Assembly (NCBI GenBank): GCA_963754925.1
Contig: CAVWHX010000012.1
Coordinates: forward strand, 64,001-128,000
From: an uncultured delta proteobacterium
GTDB taxonomy: Bacteria > Myxococcota > B64-G9
DNA: 64,000 nt
Direction of reading: 5' to 3'
A program made the translations under genes and the position numbers. Below are positions 7,874 through 18,381 of this stretch, in pieces. The stretch's first letter is position 1, and the number at the start of each line of letters is the position of its first letter. The notes beneath the pieces are model-generated. The model searched no databases. It saw only the letters and a list, made by a program, of their open reading frames with translations, and had not been told where the DNA came from.

Positions 7874-10084
7874 CTAGTATTCAACCAGCGTCTTGAGCAT
7901 CACATCGGTCTGCTTGAGCCTTTCAGCCAGGGCGGCGGCAAGCCTTTCAAAGACAATTTCTCCAAGGAGGGGATTGGCGCTCGTGCAGGCATCAAATGCA
8001 GAACGTGAAATTGAATAAAGGTATACTTCGTCTTCGGCGCGCGCATTCGCCGTGCGCTCGCCGTTGCTCAGAAATGCTATGTCGCCAAAAAAATCTCCTC
8101 TGCCAAAAGTGGCCAGATGTTCGATCATGCCGTGTTCCAAAGGCATATTTATGTGAACCGTTCCTTTCCTAATGAAAAATAATTCTCCTCCCAGGTCTCC
8201 TTTGGCAAATATCGATTGATGAGGTTCAAACTTTTTTTCGACAGCGCACGACAAGATTGTTGCGACAACGGAGTTCTCGACATTCGAAAAAAAACTGAAT
8301 TCGGAAAGATTGAGCGGTCTGGTGATATCTTCTGAGCCGACTTTTTCTGATTCTAACATTCGATCCTCGGCCCATTCGATGCCCTCATCAAGATCATCGA
8401 ATATTTTTATCTTTCTCTCATACGGCGATAGGCCGAGGTGGTTGAGGTAACTTTGCACATTCCGGCCGGTTGGTAGAGCTAACGGCACCGAGGTGAATAT
8501 TAAATAGCCGCTGTTTTCACTAATAGTTTGTTCTATCTGATCAAGCCGATGGACGGCGGTATAGTCAATTGAATGGACCCTTCTCATGTCCAGAATAATG
8601 TACCTGCAGGTGGTGAGATGGGGCTCAAGCTCGATCATTAATTGGTCGGCGGTTCCAAAAAACAGGAGCCCTTGAAGTTCGACGGCAAGTATCTCGTGTC
8701 CTTTTTTCTCAAGTATCTTTCTTTCTTCAGGGAGTCTTCGCTTTTTTGAAAAGATTTGGTTGCCGAATACTTTTCTCCTGATGACCGATTGCCTCGCCTG
8801 ATCTCTTAAAAAAATGAATATCGATAAGAGAATGCCGGTGCCGGCAGCTATGATGAGATCAAAGTAAAGGGCAGCCACAATCACCATGACAGAGACAAAA
8901 AAATCAAACACCGTTGATTTATATTTTAGCAGAGAAGCGCTTCGTATATCGATCATCCTCAATCCTACCACAATGAGTATTCCGGCCAACGCTGCCAGCG
9001 GCACCCAGGCGATGAGGTCTCCCATAACGAGAAAAACCGCCAACGAGAATACGCCGCTCAACACTCCCGAGAATCTACTCCGCGCGCCGCTGCCAACATT
9101 TACCAAGGTGGCGCCTATGGTTCCAGCTCCGGGAATGCCGCAACAAAGCGCCGACCCAAGATTTGCGAAACCCTGCCCAATCAATTCACGATTAGAGTTA
9201 TGCCGCGAGCGTGTAAGGGTATCAAGAACAACACACGTTTTTAGAGTATCAATCGATAACAGAACGGATAAGGTAACGGCGGTGACAGCCACCCTGCTCA
9301 GGTGCTCAATGTTGATAGCTGTTACATTCTTCCAGGATTCAACAAAAATGCTGAGATAGCTGCTCTCGCCGCTGGCTATCGCTCCCACAATCATCGAGTT
9401 TCCCTTCATTACCCCCATCTCTGGATAAAAGATTGCTAAGCACCAATATACGACAATCCCAACGGCAAGCGATATGATCGTGGCCGGCACTAACTTGGTC
9501 ATTCTCGGCGCAACGAACATCGCGAGCATGGTAGCGATCCCAATGACCAGTCCTTTCCATCGCCACAGGTCCAAATTCAATAAGCCCGACCACCCCTGAG
9601 CATCTTTCGCGATCCCAAATAAATTAGGAAACTGCCCGGTTATGATGAGAATGCCGACGGCGCTCAGGTAACCGGCAACCACCGGAAAGGGAATATACTT
9701 TATGAAACGGCCGCCGCCCATGGCGCCCAGGAACACTTGTCCGATGCCGCATAGTGCGATGATACCTAACAACAGGGATGGAATCAGGTGTATCGATATT
9801 GATCCCATACCCGTGGTGGTTGCCTCAATAACAAATGTTGAGAGCACTGCCGCAGCCGGCGCGCAGGGAGCTGAAATCAATTTTGGCGTACCGCCCACGA
9901 GCGGGGCAATGAGACCGATAACCACGGCGCCCATTATTCCTGCGATGGCACCTCTGGTTGCATAACCCTGTCCAAGCGGGGAATAAATGATCAAACCAAA
10001 GGCGATGGCCGAGGGAAGAGCAACCAACATGGCAGCCAGCCCGCCGAAGGTGTCCCCGATGAGGTTCTCAAATTTTAAGCTCAT
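7874..10084 (-). CDS. SulP/SLC26 anion transporter with STAS and cNMP-binding domains
   Basis: GGLAAMLVALPSAIAFG, NRELIGQG, LFFGTAD, ILDMRRV, GDFFGD..RTANARA. Confidence 0.93.
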   Translation of the reverse strand: MSLKFENLIGDTFGGLAAMLVALPSAIAFGLIIYSPLGQGYATRGAIAGIMGAVVIGLIAPLVGGTPKLISAPCAPAAAVLSTFVIEATTTGMGSISIHLIPSLLLGIIALCGIGQVFLGAMGGGRFIKYIPFPVVAGYLSAVGILIITGQFPNLFGIAKDAQGWSGLLNLDLWRWKGLVIGIATMLAMFVAPRMTKLVPATIISLAVGIVVYWCLAIFYPEMGVMKGNSMIVGAIASGESSYLSIFVESWKNVTAINIEHLSRVAVTAVTLSVLLSIDTLKTCVVLDTLTRSRHNSNRELIGQGFANLGSALCCGIPGAGTIGATLVNVGSGARSRFSGVLSGVFSLAVFLVMGDLIAWVPLAALAGILIVVGLRMIDIRSASLLKYKSTVFDFFVSVMVIVAALYFDLIIAAGTGILLSIFIFLRDQARQSVIRRKVFGNQIFSKKRRLPEERKILEKKGHEILAVELQGLLFFGTADQLMIELEPHLTTCRYIILDMRRVHSIDYTAVHRLDQIEQTISENSGYLIFTSVPLALPTGRNVQSYLNHLGLSPYERKIKIFDDLDEGIEWAEDRMLESEKVGSEDITRPLNLSEFSFFSNVENSVVATILSCAVEKKFEPHQSIFAKGDLGGELFFIRKGTVHINMPLEHGMIEHLATFGRGDFFGDIAFLSNGERTANARAEDEVYLYSISRSAFDACTSANPLLGEIVFERLAAALAERLKQTDVMLKTLVEY

Positions 10085-10240
10085 AGAATTATTATATATT
10101 ATCTCATTAAGCTCTCACAAGGAAGCTGCCGGCGGGTTAGGGCAATCAGTTAGAGGCTTGCAGGCATTCGGCTGTGGGTCAATTTGCCGTGTCGTTCGAC
10201 GAATACTCCTAAGTTCACCAGGTAACTGATGCACAATATT

Positions 10241-11083
10241 TTACTTATCGTCTTGCTCTTCTTGTGTCTCTGCACCCGGAGATGCTCTGGGCTGATCCGA
10301 TGACGTGGTATCCGTCGCCGGGGGCGTATCGTTGAGCTCATTATCGGCCGCTGTCTTCGGCGTATTCATCACGTCCTCATATTCCGGTATCACTATCCCC
10401 CGTTGAACCATAATCCGGTATATTCGCGCCGAACGATCTGCTACATACTCAGAATCTCCGTTCGCACTGAACCGCATTGGGTTGGGAAGCACGCTCGCCA
10501 GTCTCGCGCTCTCTTCTGGCCCCAACTCGTATGCCGCCTTATTAAAGTAATGGAGCGCAGCTACCTGGGCGCCAAATATGCCGTCCCCCCATTCCGCAAC
10601 ATTGAGATAGAGCTCCATGATCCGTTTCTTGGATAGGGTATGTTCCAGCCGCCAGGTGAGAATAGCCTCCTTGATCTTTCTGATTGGATTCTTCGAAGGT
10701 GAGAGAAAGAGATTTTTCGCCAATTGCTGGCTGATGGTGGAGCCTCCCAAAAAAAAGGCGCCTTTCTTGATGTCTTTCTCGAGAGCTTTTTGCATTGCAT
10801 CAAAATCAAAGCCGTCGTGGCTAAAGAACTTATCATCCTCCGAAATGATGACCGCCTTGACCAGGTAGGGAGAGATGCGTTCCAACGGCACCCAGTTTTG
10901 TATGATTTCTTTTCTTCTTTTTTTCTTTGCCCACTGTTGATGCCGGTACTCCATAAACGCAGTCTTTGAGGGACGCTCCGTCCTAAGCACAGAGATGTTT
11001 GGGTACACAAAGTATATTAAGGTATCGACTCCAACAATCAAAAAGGCGGCTATCACCGTATAGAATAGAAGTTTTCTCAACAT
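10241..11083 (-). CDS. mtgA: Monofunctional biosynthetic peptidoglycan transglycosylase
   Basis: SEDDKFFSHDGFD, GGSTISQQLAKNLF, RKIKE, YLNVAEWG. Confidence 0.93.
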   Translation of the reverse strand: MLRKLLFYTVIAAFLIVGVDTLIYFVYPNISVLRTERPSKTAFMEYRHQQWAKKKRRKEIIQNWVPLERISPYLVKAVIISEDDKFFSHDGFDFDAMQKALEKDIKKGAFFLGGSTISQQLAKNLFLSPSKNPIRKIKEAILTWRLEHTLSKKRIMELYLNVAEWGDGIFGAQVAALHYFNKAAYELGPEESARLASVLPNPMRFSANGDSEYVADRSARIYRIMVQRGIVIPEYEDVMNTPKTAADNELNDTPPATDTTSSDQPRASPGAETQEEQDDK

Positions 11084-11243
11084 GGAACCATTTTCGCCGT
11101 ACTGGTCATGTCCGCCAGCTGACGGGATTTATAGACTTTTTTTTCAGAATTATCAAATCAGGAGGATACTCGGTACTGTATCATGTGGGCGCATGCTGTT
11201 ATCGCAACGTCGCGGTTGTGTCGTTAGAAGCCACTATCACGTG

Positions 11244-11675
11244 CTAGCATCTAATTAAGGTAGCCTTGAGTTTGATCTGTGTCGATCTCAGCGCTTTCGA
11301 AATCGGGCAACCTACCTTGGCCTTTTCGGCTAACTCAAGAAATTGCTCCTCTTCTATCTTCTTTACTTCAGCGTTAGTGTCGAGCTCAATTGAGGAGATG
11401 GTAAATCCGTCATCCTGTTTGAGAAGCTGCACCGTTGCCGTTGTCTTAACCGAGTTTGGCTCAAATCCAGCTTCGCTGAGTATATGGGCCAGCGCCATGG
11501 AAAAGCACCCGGCATGCGCTGCGCCAAGCAACTCTTCGGGGTTGGTTCCCGTGCCTTCCTGAAATCGCGATGCAAACGAATAAGTTCCCTCAAACGCTCC
11601 GCTGCCAAGCGCCACTGTTCCCTTACCCTGGGTCAGATTTCCTCTCCAATGAGCTGATGCTTTGCGAATCGCCAT
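11244..11675 (-). CDS. osmC: OsmC-family peroxiredoxin
   Basis: GTNPEELLGAAHAGCFSMAL, CPISKAL. Confidence 0.95.
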   Translation of the reverse strand: MAIRKASAHWRGNLTQGKGTVALGSGAFEGTYSFASRFQEGTGTNPEELLGAAHAGCFSMALAHILSEAGFEPNSVKTTATVQLLKQDDGFTISSIELDTNAEVKKIEEEQFLELAEKAKVGCPISKALRSTQIKLKATLIRC

Positions 11676-11859
11676 GGCCTTACCTCCTGGGCACGTTCTT
11701 TCCTCTCACAGACCTTAAGACTCGGCACTGAATTGTCAATCCGCCAAATCTCGGAATGAAACAACCGGGTTAATCCGATCAGGAGCGCAAACTCATGGGA
11801 TGAACGTATAGAATATCACGAGAATCAACATGTTCAGCACGATTCCCGGGTAATCCCTA

Positions 11860-11930
<71 letters not shown>

Positions 11931-11939
11931 GTATATCAA

Positions 11940-12012
11940 AGCGGGCGAAGGGATTTGAACCCTCGACTTCAACCTTGGCAAGGTTGCACTCTAGCCGCTG
12001 AGTTACGCCCGC
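11940..12012 (-). tRNA. tRNA-Gly(GCC)
   Basis: GCGGGCG acceptor stem, TTGCCAA loop, GGTTCAAATCC. Confidence 0.97.
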
Positions 12013-12114
12013 ACAGTGGGCCTTTGTCGCTCAAGTATGAGGCTTTGTCAAGAGAAACCGCTCACGGTTGATATTGATTCAGCATTGTTTTAAGAGTTAA
12101 GGTATGACTCGAAA

Positions 12115-12792
12115 TCAATGTGCTGATCGCGCCTGATCCCTCCTGCTGATCGTCTGAACGAAATCAATCATGTACTGCACCGCAGAAAATATGCTGAAGA
12201 ACAACGACATAAAAATCAACCATAAACCAACGGTATGGAAATCCACCCACGGCCGCACCGGAATGCCCCAACTAGACAGCAAATTGTGAAACCAGGAGTC
12301 CGCAACCAAATTATGAATAGCGGGTGATATGAGCGCAATAGGATACGAATAATGAATCAACAGGCCCAAAATGCCGGTGAGTTGAAAGGCCGTTTTCCAT
12401 TTACCCCCTTGACTTGCGACGATGACCAGACCCTCGGAGGAAGCTATTCCCCGCAAACCGGTGATGGAAAGTTCGCGGGCAAGCAGCAATACCACCACCC
12501 AGGCGGGTATGCGACCCAAGGGAACCAGCATCACCAAGGTCGACATGACGATCAATTTGTCGGCAAGGGGATCGAGGAATTTTCCTAGCACGGTAATCAT
12601 GTTTCGGCGCCGGGCGAGCCAGCCATCGAAAAAATCGGTTATCGAAGCCAGGGAAAATAGACTCGCCGCGATGAAACTGTTGATTCTATTCTCATAATAT
12701 ATAAACCAAAGCACCACTGGAATGACCAGGATTCGAAACATCGTCAACATATTGGGCAGGTTGAAAAACTCTTCTTTCATGTTCCTGCTCAT
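12115..12792 (-). CDS. pgsA: CDP-diacylglycerol--glycerol-3-phosphate 3-phosphatidyltransferase
   Basis: NLPNMLT.FR, TDFFDGWLAR, GKFLDPLADK, GKWKT. Confidence 0.95.
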   Translation of the reverse strand: MSRNMKEEFFNLPNMLTMFRILVIPVVLWFIYYENRINSFIAASLFSLASITDFFDGWLARRRNMITVLGKFLDPLADKLIVMSTLVMLVPLGRIPAWVVVLLLARELSITGLRGIASSEGLVIVASQGGKWKTAFQLTGILGLLIHYSYPIALISPAIHNLVADSWFHNLLSSWGIPVRPWVDFHTVGLWLIFMSLFFSIFSAVQYMIDFVQTISRRDQARSAH

Positions 12793-12935
12793 GGATCCTC
12801 TCCTTTTAGTCAAACGTTAAATCACACCATTGGCCAAACTCGAAAATAGAAGTTTCCCTGCGCGAGCGGCCACTCGCATAATCGCAAGAGAACCCACTTA
12901 CTGCAACGGGATTTTATCCAAGTATAAAAAGAAAA

Positions 12936-14219
12936 CTAGATCAAGTAGAAGACTCTACCAACGCCTTTAAGCTCGATCCACAATCCATCAGGCAGCAATG
13001 GATTGGCTTGCAATAACCGCGGTACCAACGGTCCCGCCCAACCCACCAACCGATCCGCGAGCAACATGATGCGGCCTTCATTCTCAAGGGTGCGACTGCG
13101 CAATGCTCCCACCGATTGAAAAACCACCTCGGCTGATCCCATTAAATGAAAGATTCTGATGCCTTCGCCGCGTTCGGCTGGCAAAACACCATTTTCCCAC
13201 AGAACGGTATCTGAAAAAGCAAACACCTGGTCCTCTTGGAAATAGCTCGGTTCCTTACTCTGGAGGTGTATATAAAAGTGGCTCTGGTCACTGGGATAAA
13301 TAAGGAGCCGTCCCGAGCCATCTACCTGCATCATAGCGCGGCTGCCTTTATCGAATGAATGCGTGGTTATCTCACCCTTGAAGCGCTTATTCACGGGCGA
13401 GAATTTCATCTCGCCGTCCACGCTAAAGATTCCCTGGAGGCGAGTGAATACTTTACCCGTCGACCGAACCACGAGCGCGTCACCGTCGAGTCGAAAGTTT
13501 GCCGGGTCCTCGTCGTCGGTACTGGAATATGCAATAACGGTTTTGGTTGCTTTCCAATTCGCCCGTGTAGGAGTCTCCTCGGGCACCGCCGGTGCAACGG
13601 CGCCGCTCGACGGTTGAACCGGTTGTTCCTTTTCATTGAGATCACTAAAATCCTGCTCCGCCGCTGCCGCAATGCTACTGTGCATATCCTCAGGGGGTTC
13701 CCGTTCTTCAATCTGCTCATTGATCCCATCATTCAATCCAGGCCCCGGTATCGGTACATCCGCGATGGTTGATTGCGCACGCGCCTCTTCCATACGGCCT
13801 TTCTTGGCCAAAACCAATCCCAGGAACCGACGGGCCTTATCGTGATCGGGTCTTAGCTCGATCGCCCGGCGGAGCTGCTCCTCGGCCTCGCTCATCATAC
13901 CGGCCTTGATGTAAACCATGCCCAAGTTAACCCGTAGGGTGACTTCTTCTCCGAAGCGATCAATCAAGTTGCGGTAGATTTCGATCGCTCGGGGGAGTAA
14001 CCCCATCTTGAAGTACACCAATCCTAACAGATTTTGACCGCGCGGATTGGTGGGTTTGAGGGTGAAGGCTTTCTCAAGGTGTTCCTTGGCGTCTACCATC
14101 CTCCCCGCTTGAAGCAACTCGCCCCCCTGGTAAAGATGGTACAAGAAGTCGTCATCGATCTCTTCGGGTTGTTCATCCTCTTGCATCTCGAGGGGGGAGG
14201 TGGGTTGATCGGCATTCAT
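12936..14219 (-). CDS. TPR protein with C-terminal beta-rich (AIM24-like) domain
   Basis: N-terminal TPRs (NLLGLVYFK, NLGMVYIK); C-terminal domain call is tentative. Confidence 0.65.
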   Translation of the reverse strand: MNADQPTSPLEMQEDEQPEEIDDDFLYHLYQGGELLQAGRMVDAKEHLEKAFTLKPTNPRGQNLLGLVYFKMGLLPRAIEIYRNLIDRFGEEVTLRVNLGMVYIKAGMMSEAEEQLRRAIELRPDHDKARRFLGLVLAKKGRMEEARAQSTIADVPIPGPGLNDGINEQIEEREPPEDMHSSIAAAAEQDFSDLNEKEQPVQPSSGAVAPAVPEETPTRANWKATKTVIAYSSTDDEDPANFRLDGDALVVRSTGKVFTRLQGIFSVDGEMKFSPVNKRFKGEITTHSFDKGSRAMMQVDGSGRLLIYPSDQSHFYIHLQSKEPSYFQEDQVFAFSDTVLWENGVLPAERGEGIRIFHLMGSAEVVFQSVGALRSRTLENEGRIMLLADRLVGWAGPLVPRLLQANPLLPDGLWIELKGVGRVFYLI

Positions 14220-14884
14220 CAGGGTTTGTTTCCTTGCGCGTCGGGCTTTTCTGCCATAGTGGTCTGTTGCTTGTAATAGTAATAGAGATGCAATACCCGT
14301 CGCACGTACTGTTGTGTTTCGTCAATAGGCGGGATGCCCATGTAACGAAACACCGTCTGGTGGCCAGCGTTATAGGCTGCCAGGGTAAGAACCAAATCAC
14401 CACCAAAGGTATTAGCCAAGAAACGCAAATAGCGAGCCCCACCCAAAATATTTTGCCGGGGATCAAACACCTCCTGCACGCCCATTTCCGCCGCCGTCGC
14501 CGGCATAAGCTGCATCAAACCCTGGGCCCCCGCTTCTGAAATCGCGGTAGGGTTATTCGCGCTCTCAACTGCCATTACCGCTCGGATAAGCGGTTCGGGA
14601 ATATTAAATCGTCGAGAACCTTCCAGAACGAAATCGTTGTACTCCGCCGCCGGCTTGGGCATGAATATTTGGGTGTAATTGGCCGCTGGCGTGAACTTTA
14701 TTCTCGCCCTACTCCCGGAGGCAATTTTCTTGTACCGGGGGTCGGTGGGCACATTGCTGTAATGCACCACGCCATCCTGGTCGATGTATTTGTAAACCTC
14801 TGCCCGCGCAACGCCCGCCATACAACAGGCAAGCGTGGCCACCATAAGTGCACTTATAAACCAGGTTTTTTCTACTTTCCACAT
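14219..14884 (-). CDS. Slt-family lytic transglycosylase with N-terminal DUF4124-like domain
   Basis: YKYIDQDGVVHYSN; AVES, GAQGLMQLMPAT, AAYNAG, ETQQYV. Confidence 0.92.
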   Translation of the reverse strand: MWKVEKTWFISALMVATLACCMAGVARAEVYKYIDQDGVVHYSNVPTDPRYKKIASGSRARIKFTPAANYTQIFMPKPAAEYNDFVLEGSRRFNIPEPLIRAVMAVESANNPTAISEAGAQGLMQLMPATAAEMGVQEVFDPRQNILGGARYLRFLANTFGGDLVLTLAAYNAGHQTVFRYMGIPPIDETQQYVRRVLHLYYYYKQQTTMAEKPDAQGNKP

Positions 14885-15093
14885 GGCAAACTTACATCAA
14901 TTATACCTTTTGTTAACTTGAGTTATAGCCTATTACCTCTCCCAGGCCAATGCCATATAAATATTAGCATGGTAGCTCCTGCCAAGGCAAGGAAGCTATT
15001 GACCCTCCAGAGATTCGAGCTTGACCGTGGGATATCTTAACCCTATCGTGGTGTTGGTATTGTTTCTCAACGTCTTTTCGAGGAGACAACGCG

Positions 15094-16734
15094 GTGAATA
15101 TCCAGGTAGACTTTTTGGTAATCGGCGGCGGCCTTGCCGGGCTTACGTTCGCTCTCCATGCCGCCCCGTATGGATCGGTGTTGGTACTCATGAAGAAAAC
15201 CAATGTCGAATCCGCCTCTGACCGCGCCCAAGGTGGAATCGCTTCGGTAACTTCAAGCGACGATTCCTTTGAAGACCATGAGGCTGACACCGTGCGCGCC
15301 GGCGCTGGCCTCTGCCACCCGGACGTCGTACGTGCCTGTATCGCCGCAGGCCCCGACAGCATCCAGCGGCTCGTTGACCTCGGGGTGCCCTTCAGCCGCC
15401 AGGGCAATCAGGGGAAGTTTGATCTCGGCAAAGAAGGCGGTCACTCGCGCCGGCGTATCCTGCACGCCGGTGATTTCACCGGTCGTGAGATCATGCAGGC
15501 CTTGATCAAGGCTACCCTCGCCCAACGCAACATCCAGGTCATGGAGAACAAACTCGCGATTAACCTGATCATCGACCATACATCGGGCAGCAGACCGGAG
15601 GGCATCTGCCGGGGTGCCTATGCCTTGGATCAAGCCACCCGTCAGATCGACACGATCTTGGGGCGCTGCACCGTCCTTGCCACCGGCGGAGCCGGCAAGG
15701 TGTATCTGTACACTTCCAATCCAGACGTCGCTACGGGCGATGGTATGGCCATGGCCTATCGGGCCGGGGCCGAGATGGCTAACCTTGAGTTCGTCCAGTT
15801 TCACCCCACCTGCCTGTACCACCCCCAGGCTAAGTCATTCTTGCTCTCAGAAGCCTTGCGCGGTGAAGGCGGCAAGCTGCGTCTGGCCAACGGCGCCGAG
15901 TTCTTGAGTGAGTATGACCAGCGCGGCTCCTTGGCAACCCGCGACGTTGTCGCGCGTGCCATCGATCTTGAGCTCAAGAAACGCGGTGATGACTTCGTTC
16001 TTCTCGACATGACCGGCGTTCCTGCTGACTACCTGATGATGCGCTTCCCCAACCTCTACACCCGTTGCCTCGAGCTCGGCATGGACATGTCACGTCAGCC
16101 GCTGCCGGTGGTTCCGGCCGCCCATTATTTCTGCGGCGGGGTCCGAACCGATCTGCAGGGGCGAACCTCGGTCCCGGGCCTCTATGCGATCGGCGAGACC
16201 GCCTGCACCGGTTTTCATGGCGCCAATCGTCTGGCCTCTAACTCGTTGCTCGAGGCGGTGGTCTTCGGCCGCGTGGCGGCGCTTGACGCAGGCAGCTGGA
16301 TTAAACGCGCGCCGCGGTTCCCCACGCCGCCGCCGCCCTGGGATATCGGCAATGCGGTAGACTCTGATGAAAGCGTGGTCGTCACCCAGAACTGGGATGA
16401 AATCCGCCAGTTTACCTGGAACTATGTCGGCATCGTGCGCTCGGACAAACGCCTGGCTCGAGCCACCCGACGTATCGCGATGGTACGGGAAGAAATCCAG
16501 GAGTACTACTGGAACTTCCTGCTGACCTCAGATCTGGTGGAGTTGCGCAATATTGCGGTGGTCGCGGAAGTGGCGATTGCTTGCGCGCGGCTGCGCCAGG
16601 AAAGCCGCGGTTTGCACTATAATCTCGATCACCCTCAAGCGGAGGAACAGTTCCTGAAAGATACGGTGATTCGACGCGGGGATCGCAACGTCCCGGAGCC
16701 ATGTTCTACGGCGTTACCCTATGCGTGGTCGTGA
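15094..16734 (+). CDS. nadB: L-aspartate oxidase
   Basis: GGGLAG, AQGGIA, EGGHSRRRILH, QFHPT, SEALRGEG, HGANRLASNSLLE. Confidence 0.96.
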   Translation: MNIQVDFLVIGGGLAGLTFALHAAPYGSVLVLMKKTNVESASDRAQGGIASVTSSDDSFEDHEADTVRAGAGLCHPDVVRACIAAGPDSIQRLVDLGVPFSRQGNQGKFDLGKEGGHSRRRILHAGDFTGREIMQALIKATLAQRNIQVMENKLAINLIIDHTSGSRPEGICRGAYALDQATRQIDTILGRCTVLATGGAGKVYLYTSNPDVATGDGMAMAYRAGAEMANLEFVQFHPTCLYHPQAKSFLLSEALRGEGGKLRLANGAEFLSEYDQRGSLATRDVVARAIDLELKKRGDDFVLLDMTGVPADYLMMRFPNLYTRCLELGMDMSRQPLPVVPAAHYFCGGVRTDLQGRTSVPGLYAIGETACTGFHGANRLASNSLLEAVVFGRVAALDAGSWIKRAPRFPTPPPPWDIGNAVDSDESVVVTQNWDEIRQFTWNYVGIVRSDKRLARATRRIAMVREEIQEYYWNFLLTSDLVELRNIAVVAEVAIACARLRQESRGLHYNLDHPQAEEQFLKDTVIRRGDRNVPEPCSTALPYAWS

Positions 16735-17314
16735 GCTGGTAGCTCTTGAGCTGTAACGTGCTTTGCTCATGCAAATCGGCGCCGGTTTTGAGAATCGTTC
16801 GAATTTCGATGATCCCAACGGCGGGTGCAAACGTAAAGTACGTGAGCATCGCCCGGTTCTTGTCCAACTTGACTTCCATGCGCACGATCACGCAGTCGCC
16901 GAAGACACCGGCGTGAACGCGCACCTCCTGCCCCGTTGCCTCAATTTCGTAGTGCTCAACGGTCTTGACGTCGGCCACGCTCATCCATTTTTGTCCCCGC
17001 ATCATAGGACGCTTGAGCAGGTAGCGAATCTCTCCGTCGCGTAACCCAACGGTATCAAAGCGCATCCGACTCGGCGAGGGCCTATCATCGTAGAAATACC
17101 CGCCCTCCTCTTTAATTATTGACACCCTGAGGTCAGCCTGCGGCTGCGCCTGAAAACGGGTGGCATAGATCCACTCGTTTCCTACCGCGAGCGGCAGGAA
17201 CGATTCGATTGGGTAGCGGACCTTCGTATCTGCGCCAATCCCGACATGAGCGCATGCATGAACAAACAGCAACCCCAGCGACATCATGCCATACACCGGT
17301 ATTTTGCACTTCAT
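16706..17314 (-). CDS. Hypothetical lipoprotein
   Basis: Signal ending VHAC; PLAVGNEW.Y and V.AG.F..C motifs; coupled to upstream gene. Confidence 0.7.
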   Translation of the reverse strand: MKCKIPVYGMMSLGLLFVHACAHVGIGADTKVRYPIESFLPLAVGNEWIYATRFQAQPQADLRVSIIKEEGGYFYDDRPSPSRMRFDTVGLRDGEIRYLLKRPMMRGQKWMSVADVKTVEHYEIEATGQEVRVHAGVFGDCVIVRMEVKLDKNRAMLTYFTFAPAVGIIEIRTILKTGADLHEQSTLQLKSYQLTTTHRVTP

Positions 17315-18381
17315 GATCCCCCCCCTCCCCGTTCTCCCGGATGATTGAGTGGTTGATAGGGAATGACGGCGGCTTTGGGCGGCACCTCGGGCGTCTGCGA
17401 CTGTTTCTCGGCTTTCTCTAATTGTTGCAGCGCCTCGGCGGCGCGTTCGCGGATAAGCGTCGACGTGAATCCAGACGCCACGGTAAAAAGGTACCCGCGC
17501 GCCACCGGGCCTCCGATCTCGGCCAACGCCGTAATCATCTGCAATAAGAACACCTGATCCCTTCCCTCGACTAACCGGATCAATGGTGCGACCGCGCGTT
17601 GTTCTTTATGAGCCACCACGACGCCAATGGCCTCCAGCACAATTTCCATATCGGGATCATCCAGCAACTTAAGCACCTGCGGCATGAGTTCATCGGCCTT
17701 GCGTTGCCGCAACGCACGCAACACATACAACCGTTGATCGCTCTTTTCGCTCTCCAAGAGCTCGCGTAAGCGTGCGAGAGGCAGGTCGCGGGTGTCGAGT
17801 TGAACATCGATATTCTCCACCGCTCCTTGAATAGCCTGCTCCAGGAGGAGATCAAAACCCTCCTCCGGTTCGATTTTCCTGGGATCTTGCACCTGGGAAG
17901 ATATTCCCCGCGATGCTAGTTGATCGCGTTCGTGATCATTGTTCCAGCGTGTGAGCGCTAACCCCACCTGGACCGATCGATAAACGCCGGGTTTTTCGGC
18001 GTTCAATGAATCGCGCTCAAGCACTTCGTTGACCAGTAACTCCAACCGGTACGTATGGTACGGTTCGTCCTGGTCGGTTAGCACCAGCTGCCGGCTCTCC
18101 TGAATGGCTTTTTCCAAGATATGACGCAGGCGCGTCGGATCAAACCGTCCGCCGCTCACCTCACCTGAAGCCTGGTCGTCTATGTTTTGGATAATCACTG
18201 CCAGGCGCTTGCCTGCCTGGCCACGACAATCGGCCAACCAAACGAGCCCAAGCAGGCAAATCCAAGTGCCCCGCAGGACAAGAGATTGGCCACAAGCTCT
18301 AATCCCTAAAGGGATAAGAGATTGTAAACCTCGCTCCGCTCGGTAACAATCTCTAGCCCTATGCGACCGAAGCCAAAACAT
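17311..18381 (-). CDS. HEAT-repeat putative lipoprotein; N-terminus carries two family-1 elements
   Basis: GAGGA RBS 8 nt before ATG (MFWLRSHR); hydrophobic CLLGLVWLADC; HEAT repeats (LLDDPD, AVAPLI, ALAEIGG). Confidence 0.75.
   Translation of the reverse strand: MFWLRSHRARDCYRAERGLQSLIPLGIRACGQSLVLRGTWICLLGLVWLADCRGQAGKRLAVIIQNIDDQASGEVSGGRFDPTRLRHILEKAIQESRQLVLTDQDEPYHTYRLELLVNEVLERDSLNAEKPGVYRSVQVGLALTRWNNDHERDQLASRGISSQVQDPRKIEPEEGFDLLLEQAIQGAVENIDVQLDTRDLPLARLRELLESEKSDQRLYVLRALRQRKADELMPQVLKLLDDPDMEIVLEAIGVVVAHKEQRAVAPLIRLVEGRDQVFLLQMITALAEIGGPVARGYLFTVASGFTSTLIRERAAEALQQLEKAEKQSQTPEVPPKAAVIPYQPLNHPGERGGGGS
18269..18356 (+). repeat. Two tandem family-1 elements (short copy 18269-18302; full copy 18303-18356)
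   Basis: ccccgcaggacaagagattg..caagctctaa, then tccc-taaa-gggata with stem agagattgt/acaatctct. Confidence 0.88.
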
